Assembly: GCF_009914755.1 (NCBI RefSeq)
Contig: NC_060930.1
Strand: one strand, 5' to 3'
Origin: the human T2T-CHM13v2.0 reference genome, Homo sapiens
DNA: 64,000 nucleotides
The notes under the pieces are model-generated. The model searched no databases. It was not told where the DNA came from and worked only from the letters and a program-made list of their open reading frames with translations. Both the position numbers and the translations under genes were made by a program. This document shows, one piece after another, positions 1 through 11,600 of this stretch (its first letter is position 1; each line of letters opens with the position of its first letter).

Positions 1-49
1 ACACTCTTTTTGTAGAAACTGCAAGTGGATATTTGGACCTCTTTGAGGC

Positions 50-66
50 CTTCGTTGGAAACGGGA
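50..66 (+). promoter_or_regulatory. CENP-B box (intact); repeated at the same offset in every unit except U5
   Basis: CTTCGTTGGAAACGGGA matches the 17-bp CENP-B box, core nTTCGnnnnAnnCGGGn. Confidence 0.95.
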
Positions 67-389
67 TTTCTTCCTATAACCCTAGACAGAAGAATTTTCA
101 GAAACCTCATTGTGATGTGTGCGTTCATCTCACAGAGTGGAGTCTTCCGTTTGATAGAGAAGTTTTGAAACCCTGTTCTTGTAGGATTTCCAAGTGGATA
201 TTTAGACCACTTTGAAGCCTATGATAGAAAAGGAAACATCTTCATGGAAAACATAGATAGAATCATCCTCAGAAACAACTTTGTGATGTGTGCGTTGAAC
301 TCACCGTCTTTAACCTTTCTTTTGGTAGAGAAGTTTTGAAACACTCTCTTTGTAAAGTCTACAAGTGGATATTTTGAGCCCTTGGAGGC

Positions 390-406
390 ATTCTTTGGAA
401 AAGGGA
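390..406 (+). promoter_or_regulatory. Degenerate CENP-B box (both CpGs lost)
   Basis: ATTCTTTGGAAAAGGGA at a B-monomer position: TTCG>TTCT and CGGG>AGGG. Confidence 0.85.
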
Positions 407-560
407 ATGTCTTCACATAAAAGGCAGACGGAAGTGTTCTCAGAAACTGCTTTGTGATGTCTGTGTTCAACTCACAGAGTTTAACATTTCCTTTGATAGA
501 GCGGTTTAGTAACCCTCTCTTTGTAGAATTTGGAAGTGTATACTAAGAGCGCTTTGAGGC

Positions 561-577
561 CTATGGTAGAAAAGGAA
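561..577 (+). promoter_or_regulatory. A-box / pJalpha-like motif of an A-type monomer (example; 9 A-type monomers per 18-mer)
   Basis: CTATGGTAGAAAAGGAA occupies the position homologous to the CENP-B box in alternate monomers. Confidence 0.75.
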
Positions 578-731
578 ATATCTTTCCATAAAAGCTAGAC
601 AGAAGCAATCTCAGAAACTCCTCTGTGATGTCTGCATTCAACTCACCGAGTGGAACATTCCTCTTGAGAGAGCAGTTTGGAAACACTCTTTCTGTAGAAT
701 CAGCTTGTTTGTATTTGGACCTCCTTGAGGC

Positions 732-748
732 CTTCGTTGGAAACGGGT
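732..748 (+). promoter_or_regulatory. CENP-B box (core intact)
   Basis: CTTCGTTGGAAACGGGT; all 9 core positions are conserved. Confidence 0.92.
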
Positions 749-1071
749 TTTCATCTTATAAACCCAGACAGAAGAATTCTCAGAGTCTTCTTTGTGATGT
801 GTGCTTTCAACTCACCGAGATAAAGATTTCTCTTGATAGAGCAATTTGGAAACACTCTTTTTGTAGAATTTGCAAGGGTACATTGAGAGCGCTTTCAGGC
901 CTATGGTAGAAAAGGGAATATCTTTCCATAAAAGGTAGACAGAAGCAATCTCAGAAACTACTTTGTGATGTGTGCATTCAACTCACCGAGTGCAACGTTC
1001 CTCTTGACCGAGCAGTTTGGAAACATTGTTTCTGTAGAATCTGCAAGTGGATATTTGGACCTCTTTGAGGC

Positions 1072-1088
1072 CTTCGTTGGAAACGGGA
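1072..1088 (+). promoter_or_regulatory. CENP-B box (intact)
   Basis: CTTCGTTGGAAACGGGA. Confidence 0.95.
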
Positions 1089-1411
1089 TTTCTTCCTATA
1101 AACCCAGACAGAAGAATTCTCAGAGACTTCTTTGTGATGTGTGAATTCAACTCACAGTGTGGATCCTTCCTTTTGATAGAGCAGTTTTGAAACCCTGTTT
1201 TTGTAGTATTTCCAAGCGGATATTTGGAACGCCTTGAAGCGTATGGTAGAAAAGGAAATATCTTCCCATAAAACCTAGACAGAACCAATCTCAGAAACGA
1301 CTTTGTGATGTCTGCATTCAAGTCACAGAGTTGAACATTTCTCTTGATAGAGCAGTTTTGAAACCCTCTTTCTGAAGGATCTGCAAGTGGATATTTGGAA
1401 CTCCTTTGGGT

Positions 1412-1428
1412 CTTCGTTGGAAACGGGA
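1412..1428 (+). promoter_or_regulatory. CENP-B box (intact)
   Basis: CTTCGTTGGAAACGGGA. Confidence 0.95.
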
Positions 1429-1748
1429 TTTCTTCGTATAAATCTAGACAGAAGAATTCTCCGAAACTTCTTTGGTTGTGTGCATTCAAGTCACAGAGTG
1501 GAACCTTCCTTTGGATAGAGCAGTTTGAAACGCCGTGGTTGTAGTATTTCCAAGCGGATATTAGAGCGCCTTGAGGCCTATGGTAGAAAAGGAAATATCT
1601 TCCCATAAAACCTAGACGGAAGCAATCTCAGAAACTACTGTGTGATGGCTGCATTCCACACACACGGTGGAACATTTCTCTTGATAGAGCAGTTTTGAAA
1701 CACTCTTTCTGTAGAATCTGCAAGTGGATAATTGGACCGCCTTGAGCC

Positions 1749-1765
1749 CTTCGTTGGAAACGGGA
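1749..1765 (+). promoter_or_regulatory. CENP-B box (intact; absent from 15-mer variants)
   Basis: CTTCGTTGGAAACGGGA. Confidence 0.95.
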
Positions 1766-1917
1766 TTTCTTCATGTTACTCTAGATAGAAGAATTCTCAA
1801 ACACTGCTATGTGATGTTTGCATTCAAGTCACAGAGTGCAACATTCCTCTTGGTAGAGCAGTTGGGAAACACTCCTTTTGTAGAATCTGCAATGGGATAT
1901 TTGGACTTCTTTGAGGC

Positions 1918-1934
1918 CTTCGTTGGAAACGGGA
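1918..1934 (+). promoter_or_regulatory. CENP-B box (intact; only 169 bp after the previous box; absent from 15-mer variants)
   Basis: CTTCGTTGGAAACGGGA. Confidence 0.95.
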
Positions 1935-2257
1935 TTTCTTCGTATGAATCTAGACAGAAGAATTCTCAGAAACTTCCTTGTGATGTGTGCATTCAACTCA
2001 GCGAGTGGCACCTTCCTTTGGATACAGCAGTTTTGAAACACTGTTTTTGTAGTATTTCCAAGCGGATATTTAGAGCGCCTTGAAGCCTATGCTAGAAATG
2101 GAAATATCTCCCCATAAAACCAAGACAGAAGCAATCTCAGAAACTAATGTGTGATGGCTGCATTCCACACACACGGTGGACCATTTCTCTTGATAGAGCA
2201 GTTTTGAAACACTCTTTCTGTAGAATCTGCAAGTGGATAATTGGACCTCCTAGAGGC

Positions 2258-2274
2258 CTTCGTTGGAAACGGGA
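2258..2274 (+). promoter_or_regulatory. CENP-B box (intact)
   Basis: CTTCGTTGGAAACGGGA. Confidence 0.95.
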
Positions 2275-2596
2275 TTTCTTCATCTAAACCTACAGAGAAG
2301 AATTCTCAGTAACTTCTTCGGATGTGTGCATTCGACGCACAGAATGGAACATTCCCTTTGATAGAGCAGTTTTGAGACACCGTTTTTGTAGAATTCCCAA
2401 GTGGATATTTAGAGCACTTTGAAGTCTCTGCTAGAAAAGGAAACATCTTCATGTAAAAAGTAGATAGAATCGTTCTCAGAAAGTGCTTAGTGACGTGTGC
2501 GTTCAACTCACAGAGTTTAACGTTTCTTTTGATAGAGCGTTTCTGAAACACCCTTCTTGTAGTAGCTGCAAGTGGATATTTGGACCTATTGGAGGC

Positions 2597-2613
2597 CTTC
2601 TTTGGAAATGGGA
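2597..2613 (+). promoter_or_regulatory. Degenerate CENP-B box
   Basis: CTTCTTTGGAAATGGGA. The first CpG is lost in all units and the second is C/T polymorphic between units. Confidence 0.85.
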
Positions 2614-3057
2614 TTTCTTCATGTAACTCTAGATTGAAGAGTTCTCAGAAACTCCTTTGTGATGTGTGCATTCAATTCAAAGAGTGAAACCTCCCTTTTC
2701 ACAGAGCAGTTTTGAAACACTGTTTTTGTAGGATTTCCAAGGGGATATTTATAGCGCATTGAGCCTACGGCGGAAAAAGAAACATCTTCCTATAAAAACT
2801 AGACAGAATACTTCTCAGAATCTGCTTTGCGATGTGTGCGTTCAACTCACAGAGTAAAACTTTTCTTTTGATAGAGCAGTTTTGAAACACTCTTTTTGTA
2901 GTATTTGCATGTGTATATTTAGAGCGCATTGAAGCCCACAGTAGAAAAGGAAATAACTTCACCTAAAACCTAGACAGAAGCAATCTCAGAAACTACTTTG
3001 TGATGTGTACATTCAACTCACAGAGTGGAACTTTCCTCTTTATAGAGCAGTGTTGAA

Positions 3058-6000
3058 ACACTCTTTTTGTAGAAACTGCAAGTGGATATTTGGACCTCTT
3101 TGAGGCCTTCGTTGGAAACGGGATTTCTTCCTATAACCCTAGACAGAAGAATTTTCAGAAACCTCATTGTGATGTGTGCGTTCATCTCACAGAGTGGAGT
3201 CTTCCGTTTGATAGAGAAGTTTTGAAACCCTGTTCTTGTAGGATTTCCAAGTGGATATTTAGACCACTTTGAAGCCTATGATAGAAAAGGAAACATCTTC
3301 ATGGAAAACATAGATAGAATCATTCTCAGAAACAACTTTGTGATGTGTGCGTTGAACTCACCGTCTTTAACCTTTCTTTTGGTAGAGAAGTTTTGAAACA
3401 CTCTCTTTGTAAAGTCTACAAGTGGATATTTTGAGCCCTTGGAGGCATTCTTTGGAAAAGGGAATGTCTTCACATAAAAGGCAGACGGAAGTGTTCTCAG
3501 AAACTGCTTTGTGATGTCTGTGTTCAACTCACAGAGTTTAACATTTCCTTTGATAGAGCGGTTTAGTAACCCTCTCTTTGTAGAATTTGGAAGTGTATAC
3601 TAAGAGCGCTTTGAGGCCTATGGTAGAAAAGGAAATATCTTTCCATAAAAGCTAGACAGAAGCAATCTCAGAAACTCCTTTGTGATGTCTGCATTCAACT
3701 CACCGAGTGGAACATTCCTCTTGATAGAGCAGTTTGGAAACACTCTTTCTGTAGAATCAGCTTGTTTGTATTTGGACCTCCTTGAGGCCTTCGTTGGAAA
3801 CGGGTTTTCATCTTATAAACCCAGACAGAAGAATTCTCAGAGTCTTCTTTGTGATGTGTGCTTTCAACTCACCGAGATAAAGATTTCTCTTGATAGAGCA
3901 ATTTGGAAACACTCTTTTTGTAGAATTTGCAAGGGTACATTGAGAGCGCTTTCAGGCCTATGGTAGAAAAGGGAATATCTTTCCATAAAAGGTAGACAGA
4001 AGCAATCTCAGAAACTACTTTGTGATGTGTGCATTCAACTCACCGAGTGCAACGTTCCTCTTGACCGAGCAGTTTGGAAACATTGTTTCTGTAGAATCTG
4101 CAAGTGGATATTTGGACCTCTTTGAGGCCTTCGTTGGAAACGGGATTTCTTCCTATAAACCCAGACAGAAGAATTCTCAGAGACTTCTTTGTGATGTGTG
4201 AATTCAACTCACAGTGTGGATCCTTCCTTTTGATAGAGCAGTTTTGAAACCCTGTTTTTGTAGTATTTCCAAGCGGATATTTGGAACGCCTTGAAGCGTA
4301 TGGTAGAAAAGGAAATATCTTCCCATAAAACCTAGACAGAACCAATCTCAGAAACGACTTTGTGATGTCTGCATTCAAGTCACAGAGTTGAACATTTCTC
4401 TTGATAGAGCAGTTTTGAAACCCTCTTTCTGAAGGATCTGCAAGTGGATATTTGGAACTCCTTTGGGTCTTCGTTGGAAACGGGATTTCTTCGTATAAAT
4501 CTAGACAGAAGAATTCTCCGAAACTTCTTTGGTTGTGTGCATTCAAGTCACAGAGTGGAACCTTCCTTTGGATAGAGCAGTTTGAAACGCCGTGGTTGTA
4601 GTATTTCCAAGCGGATATTAGAGCGCCTTGAGGCCTATGGTAGAAAAGGAAATATCTTCCCATAAAACCTAGACGGAAGCAATCTCAGAAACTACTGTGT
4701 GATGGCTGCATTCCACACACACGGTGGAACATTTCTCTTGATAGAGCAGTTTTGAAACACTCTTTCTGTAGAATCTGCAAGTGGATAATTGGACCGCCTT
4801 GAGGCCTTCGTTGGAAACGGGATTTCTTCATGTTACTCTAGATAGAAGAATTCTCAAACACTGCTATGTGATGTTTGCATTCAAGTCACAGAGTGCAACA
4901 TTCCTCTTGGTAGAGCAGTTGGGAAACACTCCTTTTGTAGAATCTGCAATGGGATATTTGGACTTCTTTGAGGCCTTCGTTGGAAACGGGATTTCTTCGT
5001 ATGAATCTAGACAGAAGAATTCTCAGAAACTTCCTTGTGATGTGTGCATTCAACTCAGCGAGTGGCACCTTCCTTTGGATACAGCAGTTTTGAAACACTG
5101 TTTTTGTAGTATTTCCAAGCGGATATTTAGAGCGCCTTGAAGCCTATGCTAGAAATGGAAATATCTCCCCATAAAACCAAGACAGAAGCAATCTCAGAAA
5201 CTAATGTGTGATGGCTGCATTCCACACACACGGTGGACCATTTCTCTTGATAGAGCAGTTTTGAAACACTCTTTCTGTAGAATCTGCAAGTGGATAATTG
5301 GACCTCCTAGAGGCCTTCGTTGGAAACGGGATTTCTTCATCTAAACCTACAGAGAAGAATTCTCAGTAACTTCTTCGGATGTGTGCATTCGACGCACAGA
5401 ATGGAACATTCCCTTTGATAGAGCAGTTTTGAGACACCGTTTTTGTAGAATTCCCAAGTGGATATTTAGAGCACTTTGAAGTCTCTGCTAGAAAAGGAAA
5501 CATCTTCATGTAAAAAGTAGATAGAATCGTTCTCAGAAAGTGCTTAGTGACGTGTGCGTTCAACTCACAGAGTTTAACGTTTCTTTTGATAGAGCGTTTC
5601 TGAAACACCCTTCTTGTAGTAGCTGCAAGTGGATATTTGGACCTATTGGAGGCCTTCTTTGGAAACGGGATTTCTTCCTGTAACTCTAGATTGAAGAATT
5701 CTCAGAAACTCCTTTGTGATGTGTGCATTCAATTCAAAGAGTGAAACCTCCCTTTTCACAGAGCAGTTTTGAAACACTGTTTTTGTAGGATTTCCAAGGG
5801 GATATTTATAGCGCATTGAGCCTACGGTGGAAAAAGAAACATCTTCCTATAAAAACTAGACAGAATACTTCTCAGAATCTGCTTTGCGATGTGTGCGTTC
5901 AACTCACAGAGTAAAACTTTTCTTTTGATAGAGCAGTTTTGAAACACTCTTTTTGTAGTATTTGCATGTGTATATTTAGAGCGCATTGAAGCCCACAGTA

Positions 6001-6114
6001 GAAAAGGAAATAACTTCACCTAAAACCTAGACAGAAGCAATCTCAGAAACTACTTTGTGATGTGTACATTCAACTCACAGAGTGGAACTTTCCTCTTTAT
6101 AGAGCAGTGTTGAA
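3058..6114 (+). repeat. Canonical 18-mer HOR unit U2
   Basis: 3057-bp period, near-identical to U1. Confidence 0.95.
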
Positions 6115-8665
6115 ACACTCTTTTTGTAGAAACTGCAAGTGGATATTTGGACCTCTTTGAGGCCTTCGTTGGAAACGGGATTTCTTCCTATAACCCTAGA
6201 CAGAAGAATTTTCAGAAACCTCATTGTGATGTGTGCGTTCATCTCACAGAGTGGAGTCTTCCGTTTGATAGAGAAGTTTTGAAACCCTGTTCTTGTAGGA
6301 TTTCCAAGTGGATATTTAGACCACTTTGAAGCCTATGATAGAAAAGGAAACATCTTCATGGAAAACATAGATAGAATCATTCTCAGAAACAACTTTGTGA
6401 TGTGTGCGTTGAACTCACCGTCTTTAACCTTTCTTTTGGTAGAGAAGTTTTGAAACACTCTCTTTGTAAAGTCTACAAGTGGATATTTTGAGCCCTTGGA
6501 GGCATTCTTTGGAAAAGGGAATGTCTTCACATAAAAGGCAGACGGAAGTGTTCTCAGAAACTGCTTTGTGATGTCTGTGTTCAACTCACAGAGTTTAACA
6601 TTTCCTTTGATAGAGCGGTTTAGTAACCCTCTCTTTGTAGAATTTGGAAGTGTATACTAAGAGCGCTTTGAGGCCTATGGTAGAAAAGGAAATATCTTTC
6701 CATAAAAGCTAGACAGAAGCAATCTCAGAAACTCCTTTGTGATGTCTGCATTCAACTCACCGAGTGGAACATTCCTCTTGATAGAGCAGTTTGGAAACAC
6801 TCTTTCTGTAGAATCAGCTTGTTTGTATTTGGACCTCCTTGAGGCCTTCGTTGGAAACGGGTTTTCATCTTATAAACCCAGACAGAAGAATTCTCAGAGT
6901 CTTCTTTGTGATGTGTGCTTTCAACTCACCGAGATAAAGATTTCTCTTGATAGAGCAATTTGGAAACACTCTTTTTGTAGAATTTGCAAGGGTACATTGA
7001 GAGCGCTTTCAGGCCTATGGTAGAAAAGGGAATATCTTTCCATAAAAGGTAGACAGAAGCAATCTCAGAAACTACTTTGTGATGTGTGCATTCAACTCAC
7101 CGAGTGCAACGTTCCTCTTGACCGAGCAGTTTGGAAACATTGTTTCTGTAGAATCTGCAAGTGGATATTTGGACCTCTTTGAGGCCTTCGTTGGAAACGG
7201 GATTTCTTCCTATAAACCCAGACAGAAGAATTCTCAGAGACTTCTTTGTGATGTGTGAATTCAACTCACAGTGTGGATCCTTCCTTTTGATAGAGCAGTT
7301 TTGAAACCCTGTTTTTGTAGTATTTCCAAGCGGATATTTGGAACGCCTTGAAGCGTATGGTAGAAAAGGAAATATCTTCCCATAAAACCTAGACAGAACC
7401 AATCTCAGAAACGACTTTGTGATGTCTGCATTCAAGTCACAGAGTTGAACATTTCTCTTGATAGAGCAGTTTTGAAACCCTCTTTCTGAAGGATCTGCAA
7501 GTGGATATTTGGAACTCCTTTGGGTCTTCGTTGGAAACGGGATTTCTTCGTATAAATCTAGACAGAAGAATTCTCCGAAACTTCCTTGTGATGTGTGCAT
7601 TCAACTCAGCGAGTGGCACCTTCCTTTGGATACAGCAGTTTTGAAACACTGTTTTTGTAGTATTTCCAAGCGGATATTTAGAGCGCCTTGAAGCCTATGC
7701 TAGAAATGGAAATATCTCCCCATAAAACCAAGACGGAAGCAATCTCAGAAACTAATGTGTGATGGCTGCATTCCACACACACGGTGGACCATTTCTCTTG
7801 ATAGAGCAGTTTTGAAACACTCTTTCTATAGAATCTGCAAGTGGATAATTGGACCTCCGAGAGGCCTTCGTTGGAAACGGGATTTCTTCATCTAAACCTA
7901 CAGAGAAGTATTCTCAGTAACTTCTTCGGATGTGTGCATTCGACGCACAGAATGGAACATTCCCTTTGATAGAGCAGTTTTGAGACACCGTTTTTGTAGA
8001 ATTCCCAAGTGGATATTTAGAGCACTTTGAAGTCTCTGCTAGAAAAGGAAACATCATCATGTAAAAAGTAGATAGAATCGTTCTCAGAAAGTGCTTAGTG
8101 TCGTGTGCGTTCAACTCACAGAGTTTAACGTTTCTTTTGATAGAGCGTTTCTGAAACACCCTTCTTGTAGTAGCTGCAAGTGGATATTTGGACCTATTGG
8201 AGGCCTTCTTTGGAAATGGGATTTCTTCATGTAACTCTAGATTGAAGAATTCTCAGAAACTCCTTTGTGATGTGTGCATTCAATTCAAAGAGTGAAACCT
8301 CTCTTTTCACAGAGCAGTTTTGAAACACTGTTTTTGTAGGATTTCCAAGGGGATATTTATAGCGCATTGAGCCTACGGCGGAAAAAGAAACATCTTCCTA
8401 TAAAAACTAGACAGAATACTTCTCAGAATCTGCTTTGCGATGTGTGCGTTCAACTCACAGAGTAAAACTTTTCTTTTGATAGAGCAGTTTTGAAACACTC
8501 TTTTTGTAGTATTTGCATGTGTATATTTAGAGCGCATTGAAGCCCACAGTAGAAAAGGAAATAACTTCACCTAAAACCTAGACAGAAGCAATCTCAGAAA
8601 CTACTTTGTGATGTGTACATTCAACTCACAGAGTGGAACTTTCCTCTTTATAGAGCAGTGTTGAA
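6115..8665 (+). repeat. 15-mer HOR variant U3 (2551 bp, 506-bp deletion; junction within 7577-7584)
   Basis: Marker ORF spacing is 6147->8698. The junction reads TATAAATCTAGACAGAAGAATTCTCCGAAACTTCCTTGTG, fusing canonical ~1470 to ~1976. Confidence 0.95.
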
Positions 8666-11600
8666 ACACTCTTTTTGTAGAAACTGCAAGTGGATATTTG
8701 GACCTCTTTGAGGCCTTCGTTGGAAACGGGATTTCTTCCTATAACCCTAGACAGAAGAATTTTCAGAAACCTCATTGTGATGTGTGCGTTCATCTCACAG
8801 AGTGGAGTCTTCCGTTTGATAGAGAAGTTTTGAAACCCTGTTCTTGTAGGATTTCCAAGTGGATATTTAGACCACTTTGAAGCCTATGATAGAAAAGGAA
8901 ACATCTTCATGGAAAACATAGATAGAATCATCCTCAGAAACAACTTTGTGATGTGTGCGTTGAACTCACCGTCTTTAACCTTTCTTTTGGTAGAGAAGTT
9001 TTGAAACACTCTCTTTGTAAAGTCTACAAGTGGATATTTTGAGCCCTTGGAGGCATTCTTTGGAAAAGGGAATGTCTTCACATAAAAGGCAGACGGAAGT
9101 GTTCTCAGAAACTGCTTTGTGATGTCTGTGTTCAACTCACAGAGTTTAACATTTCCTTTGATAGAGCGGTTTAGTAACCCTCTCTTTGTAGAATTTGGAA
9201 GTGTATACTAAGAGCGCTTTGAGGCCTATGGTAGAAAAGGAAATATCTTTCCATAAAAGCTAGACAGAAGCAATCTCAGAAACTCCTCTGTGATGTCTGC
9301 ATTCAACTCACCGAGTGGAACATTCCTCTTGAGAGAGCAGTTTGGAAACACTCTTTCTGTAGAATCAGCTTGTTTGTATTTGGACCTCCTTGAGGCCTTC
9401 GTTGGAAACGGGTTTTCATCTTATAAACCCAGACAGAAGAATTCTCAGAGTCTTCTTTGTGATGTGTGCTTTCAACTCACCGAGATAAAGATTTCTCTTG
9501 ATAGAGCAATTTGGAAACACTCTTTTTGTAGAATTTGCAAGGGTACATTGAGAGCGCTTTCAGGCCTATGGTAGAAAAGGGAATATCTTTCCATAAAAGG
9601 TAGACAGAAGCAATCTCAGAAACTACTTTGTGATGTGTGCATTCAACTCACCGAGTGCAACGTTCCTCTTGACCGAGCAGTTTGGAAACATTGTTTCTGT
9701 AGAATCTGCAAGTGGATATTTGGACCTCTTTGAGGCCTTCGTTGGAAACGGGATTTCTTCCTATAAACCCAGACAGAAGAATTCTCAGAGACTTCTTTGT
9801 GATGTGTGAATTCAACTCACAGTGTGGATCCTTCCTTTTGATAGAGCAGTTTTGAAACCCTGTTTTTGTAGTATTTCCAAGCGGATATTTGGAACGCCTT
9901 GAAGCGTATGGTAGAAAAGGAAATATCTTCCCATAAAACCTAGACAGAACCAATCTCAGAAACGACTTTGTGATGTCTGCATTCAAGTCACAGAGTTGAA
10001 CATTTCTCTTGATAGAGCAGTTTTGAAACCCTCTTTCTGAAGGATCTGCAAGTGGATATTTGGAACTCCTTTGGGTCTTCGTTGGAAACGGGATTTCTTC
10101 GTATAAATCTAGACAGAAGAATTCTCCGAAACTTCTTTGGTTGTGTGCATTCAAGTCACAGAGTGGAACCTTCCTTTGGATAGAGCAGTTTGAAACGCCG
10201 TGGTTGTAGTATTTCCAAGCGGATATTAGAGCGCCTTGAGGCCTATGGTAGAAAAGGAAATATCTTCCCATAAAACCTAGACGGAAGCAATCTCAGAAAC
10301 TACTGTGTGATGGCTGCATTCCACACACACGGTGGAACATTTCTCTTGATAGAGCAGTTTTGAAACACTCTTTCTGTAGAATCTGCAAGTGGATAATTGG
10401 ACCGCCTTGAGGCCTTCGTTGGAAACGGGATTTCTTCATGTTACTCTAGATAGAAGAATTCTCAAACACTGCTATGTGATGTTTGCATTCAAGTCACAGA
10501 GTGCAACATTCCTCTTGGTAGAGCAGTTGGGAAACACTCCTTTTGTAGAATCTGCAATGGGATATTTGGACTTCTTTGAGGCCTTCGTTGGAAACGGGAT
10601 TTCTTCGTATGAATCTAGACAGAAGAATTCTCAGAAACTTCCTTGTGATGTGTGCATTCAACTCAGCGAGTGGCACCTTCCTTTGGATACAGCAGTTTTG
10701 AAACACTGTTTTTGTAGTATTTCCAAGCGGATATTTAGAGCGCCTTGAAGCCTATGCTAGAAATGGAAATATCTCCCCATAAAACCAAGACAGAAGCAAT
10801 CTCAGAAACTAATGTGTGATGGCTGCATTCCACACACACGGTGGACCATTTCTCTTGATAGAGCAGTTTTGAAACACTCTTTCTGTAGAATCTGCAAGTG
10901 GATAATTGGACCTCCTAGAGGCCTTCGTTGGAAACGGGATTTCTTCATCTAAACCTACAGAGAAGTATTCTCAGTAACTTCTTCGGATGTGTGCATTCGA
11001 CGCACAGAATGGAACATTCCCTTTGATAGAGCAGTTTTGAGACACCGTTTTTGTAGAATTCCCAAGTGGATATTTAGAGCACTTTGAAGTCTCTGCTAGA
11101 AAAGGAAACATCTTCATGTAAAAAGTAGATAGAATCGTTCTCAGAAAGTGCTTAGTGTCGTGTGCGTTCAACTCACAGAGTTTAACGTTTCTTTTGATAG
11201 AGCGTTTCTGAAACACCCTTCTTGTAGTAGCTGCAAGTGGATATTTGGACCTATTGGAGGCCTTCTTTGGAAATGGGATTTCTTCATGTAACTCTAGATT
11301 GAAGAATTCTCAGAAACTCCTTTGTGATGTGTGCATTCAATTCAAAGAGTGAAACCTCTCTTTTCACAGAGCAGTTTTGAAACACTGTTTTTGTAGGATT
11401 TCCAAGGGGATATTTATAGCGCATTGAGCCTACGGCGGAAAAAGAAACATCTTCCTATAAAAACTAGACAGAATACTTCTCAGAATCTGCTTTGCGATGT
11501 GTGCGTTCAACTCACAGAGTAAAACTTTTCTTTTGATAGAGCAGTTTTGAAACACTCTTTTTGTAGTATTTGCATGTGTATATTTAGAGCGCATTGAAGC

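Larger units (their letters stand above)
1..3057 (+). repeat. Canonical 18-mer HOR unit U1 (phase set arbitrarily at the window start)
   Basis: The sequence at 1 (ACACTCTTTTTGTAGAAACTGC) recurs at 3058. The unit has 18 box positions: B50 A~220 b390 A561 B732 A~901 B1072 A~1241 B1412 A~1578 B1749 B1918 A~2087 B2258 A~2427 b2597 A~2766 A~2936 (b = degenerate box). Confidence 0.96.

Noticed and set aside
1656-1666. CACACACAC microsatellite-like run
   Set aside because: It is only ~4.5 CA units, invariant in length across units, and simply a diverged form of the monomer's CAACTCAC segment.
1-3057. TATA-like (TATAAA) motifs and short palindromes (AGGCCT, GAATTC, TCTAGA) as promoters or hairpins
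   Set aside because: These are ordinary alphoid sequence content. Alpha-satellite transcription and non-B structures are known in general, but no specific element can be supported from this sequence alone.
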